Below are positions 18,946-29,642 of a stretch of 64,000 nt of DNA, piece by piece. How positions within the stretch are numbered: the first letter of the stretch is position 1; each line of letters opens with the position of its first letter. A model generated the notes under the pieces. It was given only the letters and a program-made list of their open reading frames with translations, was not told the DNA's origin and searched no databases. The translations under genes and the position numbers were made by a program. The stretch is from an uncultured Collinsella sp. (GTDB lineage: Bacteria; Actinomycetota; Coriobacteriia; Coriobacteriales; Coriobacteriaceae), in NCBI GenBank assembly GCA_900543595.1, contig UQRX01000003.1:7178-71177 (forward strand), read 5' to 3'.

Positions 18946-19371
18946 ATGAAAAAGCTCAGGACGCTTGCTGACGTGTTGCGCCAGGCGGGCTTCGTGCGCA
19001 TTACGGAGCTGTTCCTCGTTTTCTACCTGCTGTGCTCGACGGCCGTCTGGCTGTCCGAGCCCACGACCCTCACGTTTGGCGATGGCCTGTGGTTTAGCTT
19101 TGAGACGGTCTCGACCATCGGCTTTGGCGACATTCCGGCCGAAACACCGGTTGCCCGCGCCATTACCGTCGTCTTGAGCGTTATCAGCATCTTCTACATC
19201 GCCATGCTCACGGGCGTGGCGGTGAACTACTGCAATACGCTTATCAAGATGCGCCAAAAGGACACCATGGCGCGCTTTATGGATGATCTGGAGCATTTGG
19301 AAGAGCTCGATCGCGACGAGCTTGCCGATCTTTCGCGTCGCGTGCGCGAGTATCGTCGACGCCAGCGCTAG
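18946..19371 (+). CDS. minimal two-TM potassium channel family protein
   Basis: Selectivity filter TVSTIGFGD between two hydrophobic helices. ATG at 18946 (the track ORF begins at 18925 on a non-ATG codon). Confidence 0.75.
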   Translation: MKKLRTLADVLRQAGFVRITELFLVFYLLCSTAVWLSEPTTLTFGDGLWFSFETVSTIGFGDIPAETPVARAITVVLSVISIFYIAMLTGVAVNYCNTLIKMRQKDTMARFMDDLEHLEELDRDELADLSRRVREYRRRQR

Positions 19372-19407
19372 AACGGGCGCCGTGCGTCACGATGAGGGGG
19401 ACTGAAT

Positions 19408-19941
19408 ATGAATATCACCGTGTACCTGGGTGCCAACACTGGCAATGACCCGGCATTTCTGCCCGCGGTGCAGGAGCTGGGCAACTGGATTGGCGCCAAC
19501 GGACACGCGCTGGTATACGGCGGGTCCAAATCGGGCCTGATGGGTGCGCTCGCCGATAGCGTGCTCGATGCTGGCGGACACGTGACGGGTGTGGAGCCGA
19601 GCTTTTTTATCGAGGCCGAGTTTCAGCATGACGGTATCGACGACCTCATCGTGACGAGCGATATGGCGGAGCGCAAGGCCAAGATGATTGAGCTCGGCGA
19701 TGCGTTCATCGCCTTTCCCGGTGGGACGGGCACGCTCGAGGAGATTGCCGAGGTCATGTCCGCGGTGTCGTTGGGGCACCTGAGTGCTCCGTGCATCCTG
19801 TATAACCTGGACGGTTACTACAACGACCTCAAGGCGCTGCTCGGGCACATGATCGATAAGGGTTTATCGAGCCCGCAGCGCCAGCAAGGCATTTACTTTG
19901 CCGACGATTTGCGCGAGATTGCCTCGATTATCAACGGATAA
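19408..19941 (+). CDS. LOG-family (TIGR00730) nucleotide phosphoribohydrolase-like protein
   Basis: VYGGSKSGLMG and PGGTGTLEE motifs, 177 aa. Confidence 0.8.
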   Translation: MNITVYLGANTGNDPAFLPAVQELGNWIGANGHALVYGGSKSGLMGALADSVLDAGGHVTGVEPSFFIEAEFQHDGIDDLIVTSDMAERKAKMIELGDAFIAFPGGTGTLEEIAEVMSAVSLGHLSAPCILYNLDGYYNDLKALLGHMIDKGLSSPQRQQGIYFADDLREIASIING

Positions 19942-20066
19942 GTCTTGAGCCTGTCCCACCATGGCTCCCAATGGTGCCGTTTGCGGCGCAGACGGTTAGC
20001 TCGTTCGGGCAACGCTCGCTCTACAATAAAACATAACTATGTCGACTTTGACCGCGGGAGGACCCG

Positions 20067-21356
20067 ATGGATAACCTTGCCAAACCCACAAACCGCGCGC
20101 TGTTTTTAGTTAGCGTTGCCGTGACCGGTGCGTTCGCAGGTGCCGCGGTCTGGCTGTTCTTTTTTGCGATGGAGCACGGTATCGACTATCTGTGGACCGA
20201 GATTCCGCACGCGCTGGGCGTCGCTTCGCCCGAGCTTGCCAGCGGCCCGTTTGGCTTTTTGCCGTACCCGTTTTTTGTCTGCTTGCTGGGCGGTCTGTTA
20301 ATTGGTCTGTACGAAAAGATGACAGGCACCAAGACCGATGACCTCAACCAGGTGATGGCTAAGGTTAAGCAAGACGGGCACTACCCGTACGACAACCTGG
20401 GCAAGCTTTCGCTCGCGGCATTGCTGCCGCTGCTGTTTGGCGGAAGTATTGGACCGGAGGCCGGCCTGACCGGCGTTATCGCGGGTCTGTGCAGCTGGGT
20501 TGGCGACCGCATGCGCCGCTTTGGCGCCGAATTTAGGGAGCTTACGCTGCTGGGTACCCAGGCCGCGTTGACGGCGCTCTTTACCGCGCCCGTCTTTGGC
20601 TTTGTGGCACCGCTTGCCGGTAGCGCCGACGGCGACGAGGGCTCTGCGTCCGACGAGATCACCATCAGGCTGCCCAAGGCGCAAAAGACCGTGGTTTACG
20701 GCATCGCGATTGCCGGCGGCCTGGGCACCTACCTGCTGCTCGGCCAGCTCATGGGCGGCGGCATGGGCATGCCCAGGTTCGAGGCTGCCGTGGTGGGCAA
20801 CTTGGAGCTTACCTGGCTCGTCCCTCTGTCGTTGATCGGAACAATCTGCGGCTGGCTGTACTTTGTCTCTGAGCACGCGAGCGAAGCGCTTGCCCATGCC
20901 ATAGGGGAGCGTCCTGTCGTCAAGGCCATGCTAGCCGGTCTGGCGCTCGCCATCTGCGGCACGGTCCTGCCCTACACCATGTTTGCCGGCGAGACTCAGG
21001 CCGACGTGCTCATGGAAACCTACCTGACCATTCCCGCTGGCGTGCTTATCGCGACCGGTCTTGTTAAGGCCATGCTGACGCCCGCCCTCATCAACCTTGG
21101 TTGGCGCGGCGGCCACTTCTTCCCGGTTATCTTCTCAGGCGTAAGCTTGGGCTATGGCCTTGCCATCCTCACCGGCGCAGATCCGGTCTTTTGCGTCGCC
21201 GTCTGCACGGCATCGACGATGGGTGCGGTCATGCGTCAGCCGGTCATGGTCGTGGGCCTGCTGCTCATGTGCTTCCCACTCAAGGGTATCGTCTGCATGA
21301 TCATCGCCGCCGTCATCGCCGCCGGCATTCCACTGCCCAAGCCGCTGCGCAAATAG
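20067..21356 (+). CDS. ClC-family voltage-gated chloride channel / Cl-/H+ antiporter
   Basis: GGSIGPEAG selectivity motif, GGHFFP motif, and more than 10 hydrophobic helices. Confidence 0.8.
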   Translation: MDNLAKPTNRALFLVSVAVTGAFAGAAVWLFFFAMEHGIDYLWTEIPHALGVASPELASGPFGFLPYPFFVCLLGGLLIGLYEKMTGTKTDDLNQVMAKVKQDGHYPYDNLGKLSLAALLPLLFGGSIGPEAGLTGVIAGLCSWVGDRMRRFGAEFRELTLLGTQAALTALFTAPVFGFVAPLAGSADGDEGSASDEITIRLPKAQKTVVYGIAIAGGLGTYLLLGQLMGGGMGMPRFEAAVVGNLELTWLVPLSLIGTICGWLYFVSEHASEALAHAIGERPVVKAMLAGLALAICGTVLPYTMFAGETQADVLMETYLTIPAGVLIATGLVKAMLTPALINLGWRGGHFFPVIFSGVSLGYGLAILTGADPVFCVAVCTASTMGAVMRQPVMVVGLLLMCFPLKGIVCMIIAAVIAAGIPLPKPLRK

Positions 21357-21391
21357 CGCGGTTAATCGCGAGTCAACTCCAGGGGTACGAG

Positions 21392-22183
21392 ATGATCCTG
21401 TACTTTAGCGCGACAGGGAACAGCGAGCATGTGGCGCGTCGCATTGCGGCGGCGACGGACGACAGGGTTATGTCGATTGAGCGTTTTGATGCCGAGGCCT
21501 TTCGCCTTGCCTTGGCGGAAGGTCCCCGCCAACTGGGATTTGTTGCTCCGGTGTATGCCTGGGGTCTGCCGACACCGATGATCGAGTTTTTGAAGACTGC
21601 CGACCTGTCGATTGTTGCCGGTACAAAGGGCGGCGAGCGCCCCTATACGTTCTATGTTTCGACGTACGGTTCGACGACCGGCCAATCGGCCAAGTTTGCC
21701 CGCGATCTGCTACACGAGCGTGGGCTCGAGTTAGATGCGGCGATGAGCGTCAAGATGCCCGATACCTGGACGCCTGTTTTCGACCTGTCTGACCCTCAAA
21801 AGGTTGAGGGTATCAATAGAGCTGCCGAGGCGCAGATTGATGCCGTGATCGAGGCGGTGCGGGCACGCCGCACGGGCAACATGATGCGCCATCGCGTGCC
21901 TTTGTTTGCATCGTGCGCGTATCACGCAATTGGGCTGCCGCGCATGCAACAGACGAGCAAGTTTGCCGTCGATGCCGATCGCTGCATCGGCTGCGGCCTG
22001 TGTGCCAAGCGCTGCCCCATGGCGGCGATTGAGATGCGCGACGGCCTTCCCGTCTGGACAAAGCCGGAGTGCGCCGCCTGCCTTCGTTGCCTGCACTGTT
22101 GTCCCAAATTTGCCATCTCGCACGGTAAGCGCACGGCATCCCACGGTCAGTACAGGCATCCCAAGCCAGGTGTGAGGATGTAG
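21392..22183 (+). CDS. flavodoxin-like domain fused to a 2x[4Fe-4S] ferredoxin domain (EFR1-type)
   Basis: The ATG at 21392 gives MILYFSATGNSEHVARRIA (flavodoxin-like N-terminus). C-terminal CIGCGLCAKRCP and CAACLRCLHCCP clusters. The track ORF from 21101 overlaps the ClC gene and is rejected as an extension. Confidence 0.8.
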   Translation: MILYFSATGNSEHVARRIAAATDDRVMSIERFDAEAFRLALAEGPRQLGFVAPVYAWGLPTPMIEFLKTADLSIVAGTKGGERPYTFYVSTYGSTTGQSAKFARDLLHERGLELDAAMSVKMPDTWTPVFDLSDPQKVEGINRAAEAQIDAVIEAVRARRTGNMMRHRVPLFASCAYHAIGLPRMQQTSKFAVDADRCIGCGLCAKRCPMAAIEMRDGLPVWTKPECAACLRCLHCCPKFAISHGKRTASHGQYRHPKPGVRM

Positions 22184-22198
22184 CGGCTGCTGGCCGCG

Positions 22199-23074
22199 CT
22201 ACTTCCAAACTGCGAGCGCGGCGGTGCCCAGTACGATGAGGGCGAGACCGATGGCGCTGCGTCGTGAGAGCTTTTCGTTGAATGCCAGGCGCGCAAATAG
22301 TACTGATACGACAATCGATAGTTTGTCGATCTGCACCACGACGCTCACCTGGCCTGTGGCGATGGCGTAGTAGCACAGCAGCCACGATGCGCCAGTCGCA
22401 ATGCCCGATGCCGCGAGAAATACGAGTTCGTAGCGGTCTACGTGCACGGCTTGGCCCATCTTGCCTTTAGCTGCCACGATTGCCCATGCCATAACCAGTA
22501 CCACACAGGTACGGATTGCCGTGGCCAGGTTGGACTCGACGCCTTCGATGCCAACCTTGGCAAGGATGGACGTGAGCGCCGCGAACGCGGCGGCGCCGAG
22601 GGCGTAAGCGAGCCAGGTCCGGTCTTGCTGCCGCTCGGGTCCGGCAGACTGCTTCTTCTCGATCATTAAAAACGTGCCGAGGGTGATGACAGCGGTTCCC
22701 ACGAGCTTAACCGCAAGGTTGCTCGTCTCGCCAAAAAGCACGATGGCAATCAGTGCAGCGAGTACGGTGCTCATCTTGTCGACCGGTACGACCTTATTGA
22801 CGTCTCCGATGCCCAACGCCTTAAAGTAACAGATCCACGAAGCGCCGGTAGCGAGTCCCGAGAGGACGAGAAAGAGCCAAGATCTGGGTTCGATGCTGCC
22901 GATGGTTCCAATGGATCCAGAAATGCCCGCCATTGCCCAGGCGAAAACGAGCACCACGCAGGTGCGAATGGCCGTCGCGACATCGGAGTCGGTCTGCTTG
23001 ATGCCGCATTTGGCCAGGACAGATGTGACGCCGGCAAAGAAAGCCGACACAAATGCTGCTGCGACCCACGACAC
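22199..23074 (-). CDS. EamA/DMT-family transporter
   Basis: Ten hydrophobic helices in two EamA-like halves, 291 aa. Confidence 0.75.
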   Translation of the reverse strand: MSWVAAAFVSAFFAGVTSVLAKCGIKQTDSDVATAIRTCVVLVFAWAMAGISGSIGTIGSIEPRSWLFLVLSGLATGASWICYFKALGIGDVNKVVPVDKMSTVLAALIAIVLFGETSNLAVKLVGTAVITLGTFLMIEKKQSAGPERQQDRTWLAYALGAAAFAALTSILAKVGIEGVESNLATAIRTCVVLVMAWAIVAAKGKMGQAVHVDRYELVFLAASGIATGASWLLCYYAIATGQVSVVVQIDKLSIVVSVLFARLAFNEKLSRRSAIGLALIVLGTAALAVWK

Positions 23075-23142
23075 GGGTTGAGCGCCTCCTCAAAAAAGAC
23101 CACGCCAGATCTATGGCGCATGTCCAATGATACCGCGCTTGC

Positions 23143-23841
23143 CTATAGGTTGCGTGCCCGGTAGACCTTGGTGCTGACGGTGCAGCTGATTGCGCATAGT
23201 GCGAGCGCCAGTACGGCAATTCCTGCACACAGGCAGCCAAGGACGGCGGGATCGGGATTCGCTCCGGCAATGGACATGAGCCAGTTGCTAATGGGGTTGG
23301 AGGAGCTCAGCGTGGCCATGGCAAGGCACCCGAGCAGGGCAAACAGGCCAACGGATAGGCGCAGCGCCTCCATGTGTCCAAATCGAAAGAACAGCGGCTG
23401 TGCCAAAAACACCATCATGAGGGAGATGAGCATCGATGCTGCCGAGGCTATTGCAATCTCAAAGACGATCTGTCCCGTCAACGGAATACCCGCGCTGTTG
23501 AAGAGCGGGAAGGAGACGACGCTCAGAAGCGCGGCGGCGCACGCCATGACAGCCGAAAAGACAATGATGCTCAGGTAGCGTGCGCAGATGATGTCTTTAC
23601 GAGAAAGAGGCAGCGTTGCGCGATAGCGCTCCCAACCGTTTTGATTGTCGAAACCGGCCAGTGAGTTCATGAATATGATGGGTGACATGGCACTGACGGC
23701 GCAGGCGCCGGCGCTCATACCGGAATCGCCATCCGACGCGTTGGCGAGCGTCAGCACGACGAAGATGAACAGGCCGACGCCTGCAATGCTCGGAATAAGC
23801 GAGCGAGCGATGGCGAGCTCGGACATAAAGGCGCGTTTCAT
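23143..23841 (-). CDS. ABC-2-type transporter permease
   Basis: Six-TM hydrophobic protein overlapping the upstream ATPase gene by 4 nt (operon with the GntR and ATPase genes). Confidence 0.65.
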   Translation of the reverse strand: MKRAFMSELAIARSLIPSIAGVGLFIFVVLTLANASDGDSGMSAGACAVSAMSPIIFMNSLAGFDNQNGWERYRATLPLSRKDIICARYLSIIVFSAVMACAAALLSVVSFPLFNSAGIPLTGQIVFEIAIASAASMLISLMMVFLAQPLFFRFGHMEALRLSVGLFALLGCLAMATLSSSNPISNWLMSIAGANPDPAVLGCLCAGIAVLALALCAISCTVSTKVYRARNL

Positions 23842-24719
23842 TTCGAAGCCCCTTTCAGCGTGAGGCGCAGGTAGTCATCAATGGTTGCCCGATCGCAGGG
23901 AATCTCGGGGAAGGCCTCGAGCGTTTCGCAACGGTTGGGCACGAGCACGTCCACGCTATAGGCGTGGTGGACGGCACGGGCGCCTTCGACGCAAGCCATA
24001 AGCTCGGTGGCCTGTGCCTGAGTGCAGTGGGCGATGCCGGCGCGGTCGGTAATGTCCTCGCGCGGCAGGTTAAAAATAATCGAGCCATTATCGATGCAGA
24101 TGACGCGATCAGCGGTGCGATCGAGGTCGGACGTAATGTGGCTCGAGAGTAACACGCTGTGCTGGCCGTCGGCGACAAAGGCAAGCAGCTCATCAAGCAG
24201 TTCCTCGCGTGCCATGGGATCGAGGCCCGCGGTGGCTTCGTCCAAAACGAGCAGCTTGGCCTCGTGGCTGAGCGCGCAGGCAAGCTGCAGCTTCATGCCC
24301 ATGCCGCGGGAGAGGTCCTTGACCTTTGTCTTGGGATCGAGGCCAAATTGGCTGATGAATCCGGCGAACGTTTCGCGGTCCCACGTGGGGTACGCCGGGC
24401 CTACGAGCGACTCGATCTGGCCCACCTTGAGCGTGGAGGGGAAGGGGCACGTGTCCAGGACAAGGCCGACACGAGTGCGCAGACAACGCTGCGCTTCATC
24501 GGGCGCGTCGGCGCCACAGCGTTGCCCAAACAGGTGCACCTCGCCGGCATCGAGTTTGATAAGCCCAAGCGCGGCTCGAATCGTCGTTGTTTTGCCGGCA
24601 CCGTTGGCACCCACAAAGCCGACAATCTGGCCGGGCTCCACAGCGAGCGTGACATCACGCAGCGAAAAACGGTCGCTCACACGGCGCGATGCACCTTTAA
24701 GTTCTAGCAAGTTTTTCAT
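23838..24719 (-). CDS. ABC transporter ATP-binding protein
   Basis: The ATG at 24719 gives MKNLLELKGASRR... Walker A GANGAGKTT, Walker B LLVLDEATAGLD. The 448-aa track ORF extension overlaps the GntR gene and is rejected. Confidence 0.85.
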   Translation of the reverse strand: MKNLLELKGASRRVSDRFSLRDVTLAVEPGQIVGFVGANGAGKTTTIRAALGLIKLDAGEVHLFGQRCGADAPDEAQRCLRTRVGLVLDTCPFPSTLKVGQIESLVGPAYPTWDRETFAGFISQFGLDPKTKVKDLSRGMGMKLQLACALSHEAKLLVLDEATAGLDPMAREELLDELLAFVADGQHSVLLSSHITSDLDRTADRVICIDNGSIIFNLPREDITDRAGIAHCTQAQATELMACVEGARAVHHAYSVDVLVPNRCETLEAFPEIPCDRATIDDYLRLTLKGASK

Positions 24720-24742
24720 GGTATAGCCTTTCTTGCAGATGG

Positions 24743-25123
24743 CTACTGCATGGTTTCGGGGGCTACCAGGTCGAGCATCTCGTGCAGTTTGTCGCGCGTG
24801 ACACCCAGGGTTTCGGCTTGGCTTGCCGCTTTCGCAAGCAGATCTTCGATATGGCAGAGCTGGTTTTCGCGCAAGAGCTCCTGGTTGCCATCGGCGACAA
24901 AACAGCCCTTGCCCTGCACGGTGCAGATAAACCCGAGCTGCTCCAGGTCGGCGTAGGCGCGCTTGGTGGTGATGACGCTCACGCCAAGGTCGCTCGCGAG
25001 TGCACGGATGCTGGGGAGTTTGGCTCCCGCAGCGAGCGTGCCCGAAAGGATCTGAGCTTTGACCTGCGAGGATATCTGTTCGTAGATGGGCTTGTCGCTC
25101 GAATTGGATAGGATGATGTCCAC
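24743..25123 (-). CDS. GntR-family (YtrA-subfamily size) transcriptional regulator
   Basis: 126 aa. PIYEQISSQVKAQILSGTLAAGAKLPSIRALASDLGVSVITTKRAYADLE. GTG start with AAGGAG 5 nt upstream. Confidence 0.85.
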   Translation of the reverse strand: MDIILSNSSDKPIYEQISSQVKAQILSGTLAAGAKLPSIRALASDLGVSVITTKRAYADLEQLGFICTVQGKGCFVADGNQELLRENQLCHIEDLLAKAASQAETLGVTRDKLHEMLDLVAPETMQ

Positions 25124-25147
25124 AGCGGCTCCTTAGCGGATGGGCTA

Positions 25148-25185
25148 CACGTGTATATAACCGGTAAACACAGTATATATACACT
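25148..25185. promoter_or_regulatory. AT-rich near-palindromic boxes, putative YtrA-type operator / promoter of the GntR-ABC operon
   Basis: acGTGTATATAaccggtaaacacAGTATATATACACT sits 25-60 nt upstream of the GntR start. GT...AC palindromes are typical GntR operators. Confidence 0.35.
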
Positions 25186-25234
25186 ATGCACAGTTACGCA
25201 AGGGGCAAATGCGGATTGTCCGCTCGTTCGTTCA

Positions 25235-25450
25235 TCTCAATCTGTAACATCTGGAACCGATTTGGACGGCTACCTGTTACAGATTGAGATTTTGCTGGCG
25301 GGCCCCACCTGTTTGTCTAAATCTGTAACAACTGGAGAAGATTTTGGCTGCTAGATGTTATAGATCGAGACATTGGCCACCTGTCTATCCTTATATCTCA
25401 ATCTGTAACAGATGGACCCGTTTTGAGTGGCTAGATGTTACAGATCGAGA
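25235..25450. repeat. array of three tandem 55-bp hairpin units (period 80-81 bp)
   Basis: Units at 25235-25289, 25316-25370 and 25396-25450. The arms tctcaatctgtaaca / tgttacagattgaga are perfect in unit 1. The 25-nt loops are conserved, and the inter-unit segments share ccacctgt. Confidence 0.85.
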
Positions 25451-25595
25451 CAAACTGCTGCGGAGTGTCGCCATCGACTGATACCCTAGGCCCCAACTGA
25501 TGAATTTGTCCTGATAGGTGCCCTGCTGCAGCATTTCGCGGCTACAATAGTGCGGTTACAACGACGTAATGCACTCAATGCAAGAAAGGATCCGC

Positions 25596-27209
<1,614 letters not shown>

Positions 27210-27215
27210 TGCATC

Positions 27216-27253
27216 GGCGCGGTGGCCCTGCGGGGCTGCCGCGCCGTTTGCTT
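27216..27253 (+). terminator. prfC terminator hairpin
   Basis: ggcgcggtggccc tgc gggctgccgcgcc followed by gtttgctt. Confidence 0.55.
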
Positions 27254-27310
27254 GCCTGATGCCGTGTGAGCGGCTATCATACCCACCGTCGTCTCAAGAC
27301 CGGGGCGTCC

Positions 27311-27358
27311 GAGCAGTTCGGGTCCGATATCCTGCTCGTTAAACCTAAAACCAAAGGA
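27311..27358 (+). promoter_or_regulatory. candidate preQ1-I riboswitch
   Basis: P1 GAGCAG/CUGCUC. The loop starts UUC-GGGU-C, as UUC-UAG-C does in the B. subtilis queC element. The tail GUUAAACCUAAAACCAAAGGAG has ACC(U) able to pair with GGGU, and the SD lies at the 3' end. It sits directly upstream of a YhhQ-type gene. Confidence 0.45.
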
Positions 27359-27365
27359 GTACATA

Positions 27366-28088
27366 ATGATCAAGAAGGTCATGGAGGACTACAAGGTCCT
27401 GTTGCGGAGCATTCCCGCGGCAACGGTTTCGCTGTTTTTCGTGAGCGTCATCATGATGAACCTACTGGCCAACAAAGAGCTCATCAGCCTGCCGTATCTG
27501 GCGCTCGACTGTGGCTTTGTGGTGAGCTGGGTTTCGTTTTTGTGCCAGGACATGATCTGCAAGCGCTTCGGCGCCAAGGCATCCATTAAAATCTCTATCC
27601 TCGCGCTGCTGGTTAACCTGGCCGTGAGCCTGTGCTTTTGGGCATGCTCGCTCACGCCCGGTATGTGGGGTGCCTACTACGACACCGGCATGATCGAGGT
27701 CAACACTGCCCTTAACGCCACCATCGGTGGCACCTGGTACGTGGTGCTGGGCTCTTCGCTGGCAATGCTCGTTTCTGCCGTGGTTAACTCCACGCTCAAC
27801 CAGTCGCTCGGCCGTATGCTCAAAAAGAATAACTTTGCGAGCTTCGCCTTCCGTTCCTATGTGTCCACGGGCGTTGGCCAGTTTATCGACAACCTGGTCT
27901 TTGCCATTGTGGTAAGCCACACGTTCTTTGGTTGGACCTGGGTACAGGTCCTTATGTGCTCGCTGACCGGCGCTGTTGCCGAGCTGCTGTGCGAGGTCTT
28001 CCTGAGCCCCGTGGGCTACAAGGTCGTGCGCGGCTGGGAGCGCGAGAATGTGGGCTCCGAGTACCTCGAGCGCCACGCAACCGCCTAA
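27366..28088 (+). CDS. yhhQ: queuosine-precursor transporter (YhhQ / VUT family, DUF165)
   Basis: Six-TM protein with FLCQDMICKRFG and GQFIDNLVFAIV motifs, matching YhhQ FLATDLTVRIFG / SDTLAFFFIAF. Confidence 0.75.
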   Translation: MIKKVMEDYKVLLRSIPAATVSLFFVSVIMMNLLANKELISLPYLALDCGFVVSWVSFLCQDMICKRFGAKASIKISILALLVNLAVSLCFWACSLTPGMWGAYYDTGMIEVNTALNATIGGTWYVVLGSSLAMLVSAVVNSTLNQSLGRMLKKNNFASFAFRSYVSTGVGQFIDNLVFAIVVSHTFFGWTWVQVLMCSLTGAVAELLCEVFLSPVGYKVVRGWERENVGSEYLERHATA

Positions 28089-28097
28089 GGAGCAAGT

Positions 28098-28778
28098 ATG
28101 CGGGTTTTGATCACGGGCGCTTCGGGTGGTATCGGAGCCGCGTGCGTGCAGCGCTTTTTGGACGAGGGCCACGAGGTCGTGGGCTTTGATCTGCTGCCGG
28201 CGGCGATCGAACACGAGCGCTACCGCCATCTGATCGTTGATGTCCGCGAGCCGGACTCGTTTCCAAGCGACCTTGAACCCCAGGTAATCGTGAATGTTGC
28301 CGGTACGCAGGATTCGGCCGACGACATCGCTGCTAACCTGTGTGGCACCATCAACGTGACCGAGCGCTACGCCTTTGTGGGGGAGGGGCTTGCCGCCAAG
28401 CCGGCGCCGGCTATTAAATCCGTGGTCAATGTGGGGTCGGCGAGCGGGCATACGGGATCGGAGTTTCCCGCCTATGCTGCCAGCAAGGGCGGCATTATCG
28501 CCTACACCAAGAACCTTGCAAACCGGCTGGCACCGCAGGCCGTCGCCAACAGTGTGGACCCGGGCGGCGTTATCACGCCGCTCAACCGTTGCGTGATGGA
28601 AGACGAACACCTGTGGAACCAGATTATGGAGCTCACACCGCTTAAGCGCTGGGCCACCGCCCAAGAGATCGCCGAGTGGATCTACTTTGTGGGCGTGACC
28701 AACCGGTTTATGACCGGGCAGAGCCTGCTGATCGATGGCGGCGAGGCCGGCCGCACGCAATTTATTTGGCCCGAGTAG
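28098..28778 (+). CDS. SDR-family oxidoreductase
   Basis: TGASGGIGAA cofactor motif and YAASKGG catalytic YxxxK. Confidence 0.85.
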   Translation: MRVLITGASGGIGAACVQRFLDEGHEVVGFDLLPAAIEHERYRHLIVDVREPDSFPSDLEPQVIVNVAGTQDSADDIAANLCGTINVTERYAFVGEGLAAKPAPAIKSVVNVGSASGHTGSEFPAYAASKGGIIAYTKNLANRLAPQAVANSVDPGGVITPLNRCVMEDEHLWNQIMELTPLKRWATAQEIAEWIYFVGVTNRFMTGQSLLIDGGEAGRTQFIWPE

Positions 28779-28779
28779 G

Positions 28780-28815
28780 AAACGCGCCCGATGGAAAGCC
28801 GTCGGGCGCGTTTTT
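28780..28815. terminator. bidirectional rho-independent terminator
   Basis: aaacgcgcccgatgg aaag ccgtcgggcgcgttttt, with an A-run before and a T-run after, between the convergent SDR and ung genes. Confidence 0.8.
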
Positions 28816-28828
28816 GATGTATCGATTT

Positions 28829-29554
28829 TTAGTCGAGGCAAGTCCAGTTGACGGGGGTCGAGCCGTGCTGTTCGAGTAGCCGATTGGCTGCCGAGAAGGG
28901 GCGCGACCCCATAAAGGCGGGGAGTTCTGCCGTGGCACGGTTGGCCGAAAGCGGCGAGGGATGCGTAGAGGCTAGGCAGAACTTGTCGGTTGCCTTGCCC
29001 GCGCCGGTCGTGGCGAGCTTGCCTTCGACCATCTGCTGGGCAAAGCGGCCCCATGCCAAAAAGACTACCGGTTGGGGCAGCTGACAGCAGCGTTCGATAA
29101 CGTAGTCGGTGAGCGTACTCCAGCCCAGTTTGGCGTGCGAGTTCGCGGCATGCTCGCGCACGGTGAGCGTGGTGTTGAGGAGCAGGACGCCCTGCTGTGC
29201 CCATGGGGTTAGGTCTCCCGTGGCGGGAATAGGGCAATCCAGATCGGCTTTGAGTTCCTTATAGATGTTGCGCAGGCTCGGCGGCAACTTGGTTTGCGTC
29301 GCGGGGACCGAGAACGACAGTCCCATTGCCTGGTTGGGTCCGTGATAGGGGTCCTGACCCAAAATGACAACCTTGACCTGGTCGGCCGGCGTATAGACGA
29401 GGGCATTGAGGATGTCGTCTTGTGCCGGGTAGATAGTCTGCTCGGCACGCAAAAGGGCGATGTGCTCGAGCAGCTGGTTCGTAGTGTCACGTACCGGCTG
29501 CGGCGCATCGCCCAACCAAGTTGCTATGTTGCGATCGCGAGTTGCGGTGTCCAT
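28829..29554 (-). CDS. ung: uracil-DNA glycosylase (family 1)
   Basis: VILGQDPYHGPNQAMGLSFSV water-activating loop and the HPSPLSA motif. Confidence 0.9.
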   Translation of the reverse strand: MDTATRDRNIATWLGDAPQPVRDTTNQLLEHIALLRAEQTIYPAQDDILNALVYTPADQVKVVILGQDPYHGPNQAMGLSFSVPATQTKLPPSLRNIYKELKADLDCPIPATGDLTPWAQQGVLLLNTTLTVREHAANSHAKLGWSTLTDYVIERCCQLPQPVVFLAWGRFAQQMVEGKLATTGAGKATDKFCLASTHPSPLSANRATAELPAFMGSRPFSAANRLLEQHGSTPVNWTCLD

Positions 29555-29642
29555 GGGGCTCCTTTATGGCAGATGCTCTGTTGGCATCTATTGTAAAGGC
29601 GCACCGGTTGCCTTTATGCCGCGGCTGTATGAAGAGTGGGGT

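Noticed and set aside
19942-20066. Possible fluoride (crcB-motif) riboswitch upstream of the ClC gene.
   Set aside because: I could not find the conserved GGxGAUGG...AAC...GCUGAUGAxxCCU pattern. The ClC protein has the canonical GSIGPEAG chloride-type filter rather than ClC-F features.
21101-21391. N-terminal extension of the flavodoxin/ferredoxin ORF.
   Set aside because: It overlaps the 3' end of the ClC gene, and its translation is Arg/His-rich nonsense. The flavodoxin-like motif starts at the ATG at 21392.
24720-25184. N-terminal extension of the ABC ATPase ORF (448-aa version).
   Set aside because: The extension overlaps the whole GntR gene in another frame. The conserved ABC N-terminus (MKNLLELKG...) begins at the ATG at 24719.
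25235-25450. CRISPR array.
   Set aside because: There are only three units. The repeats are 55-bp hairpins with long loops, the 'spacers' are related to one another, and no cas genes are in the window.
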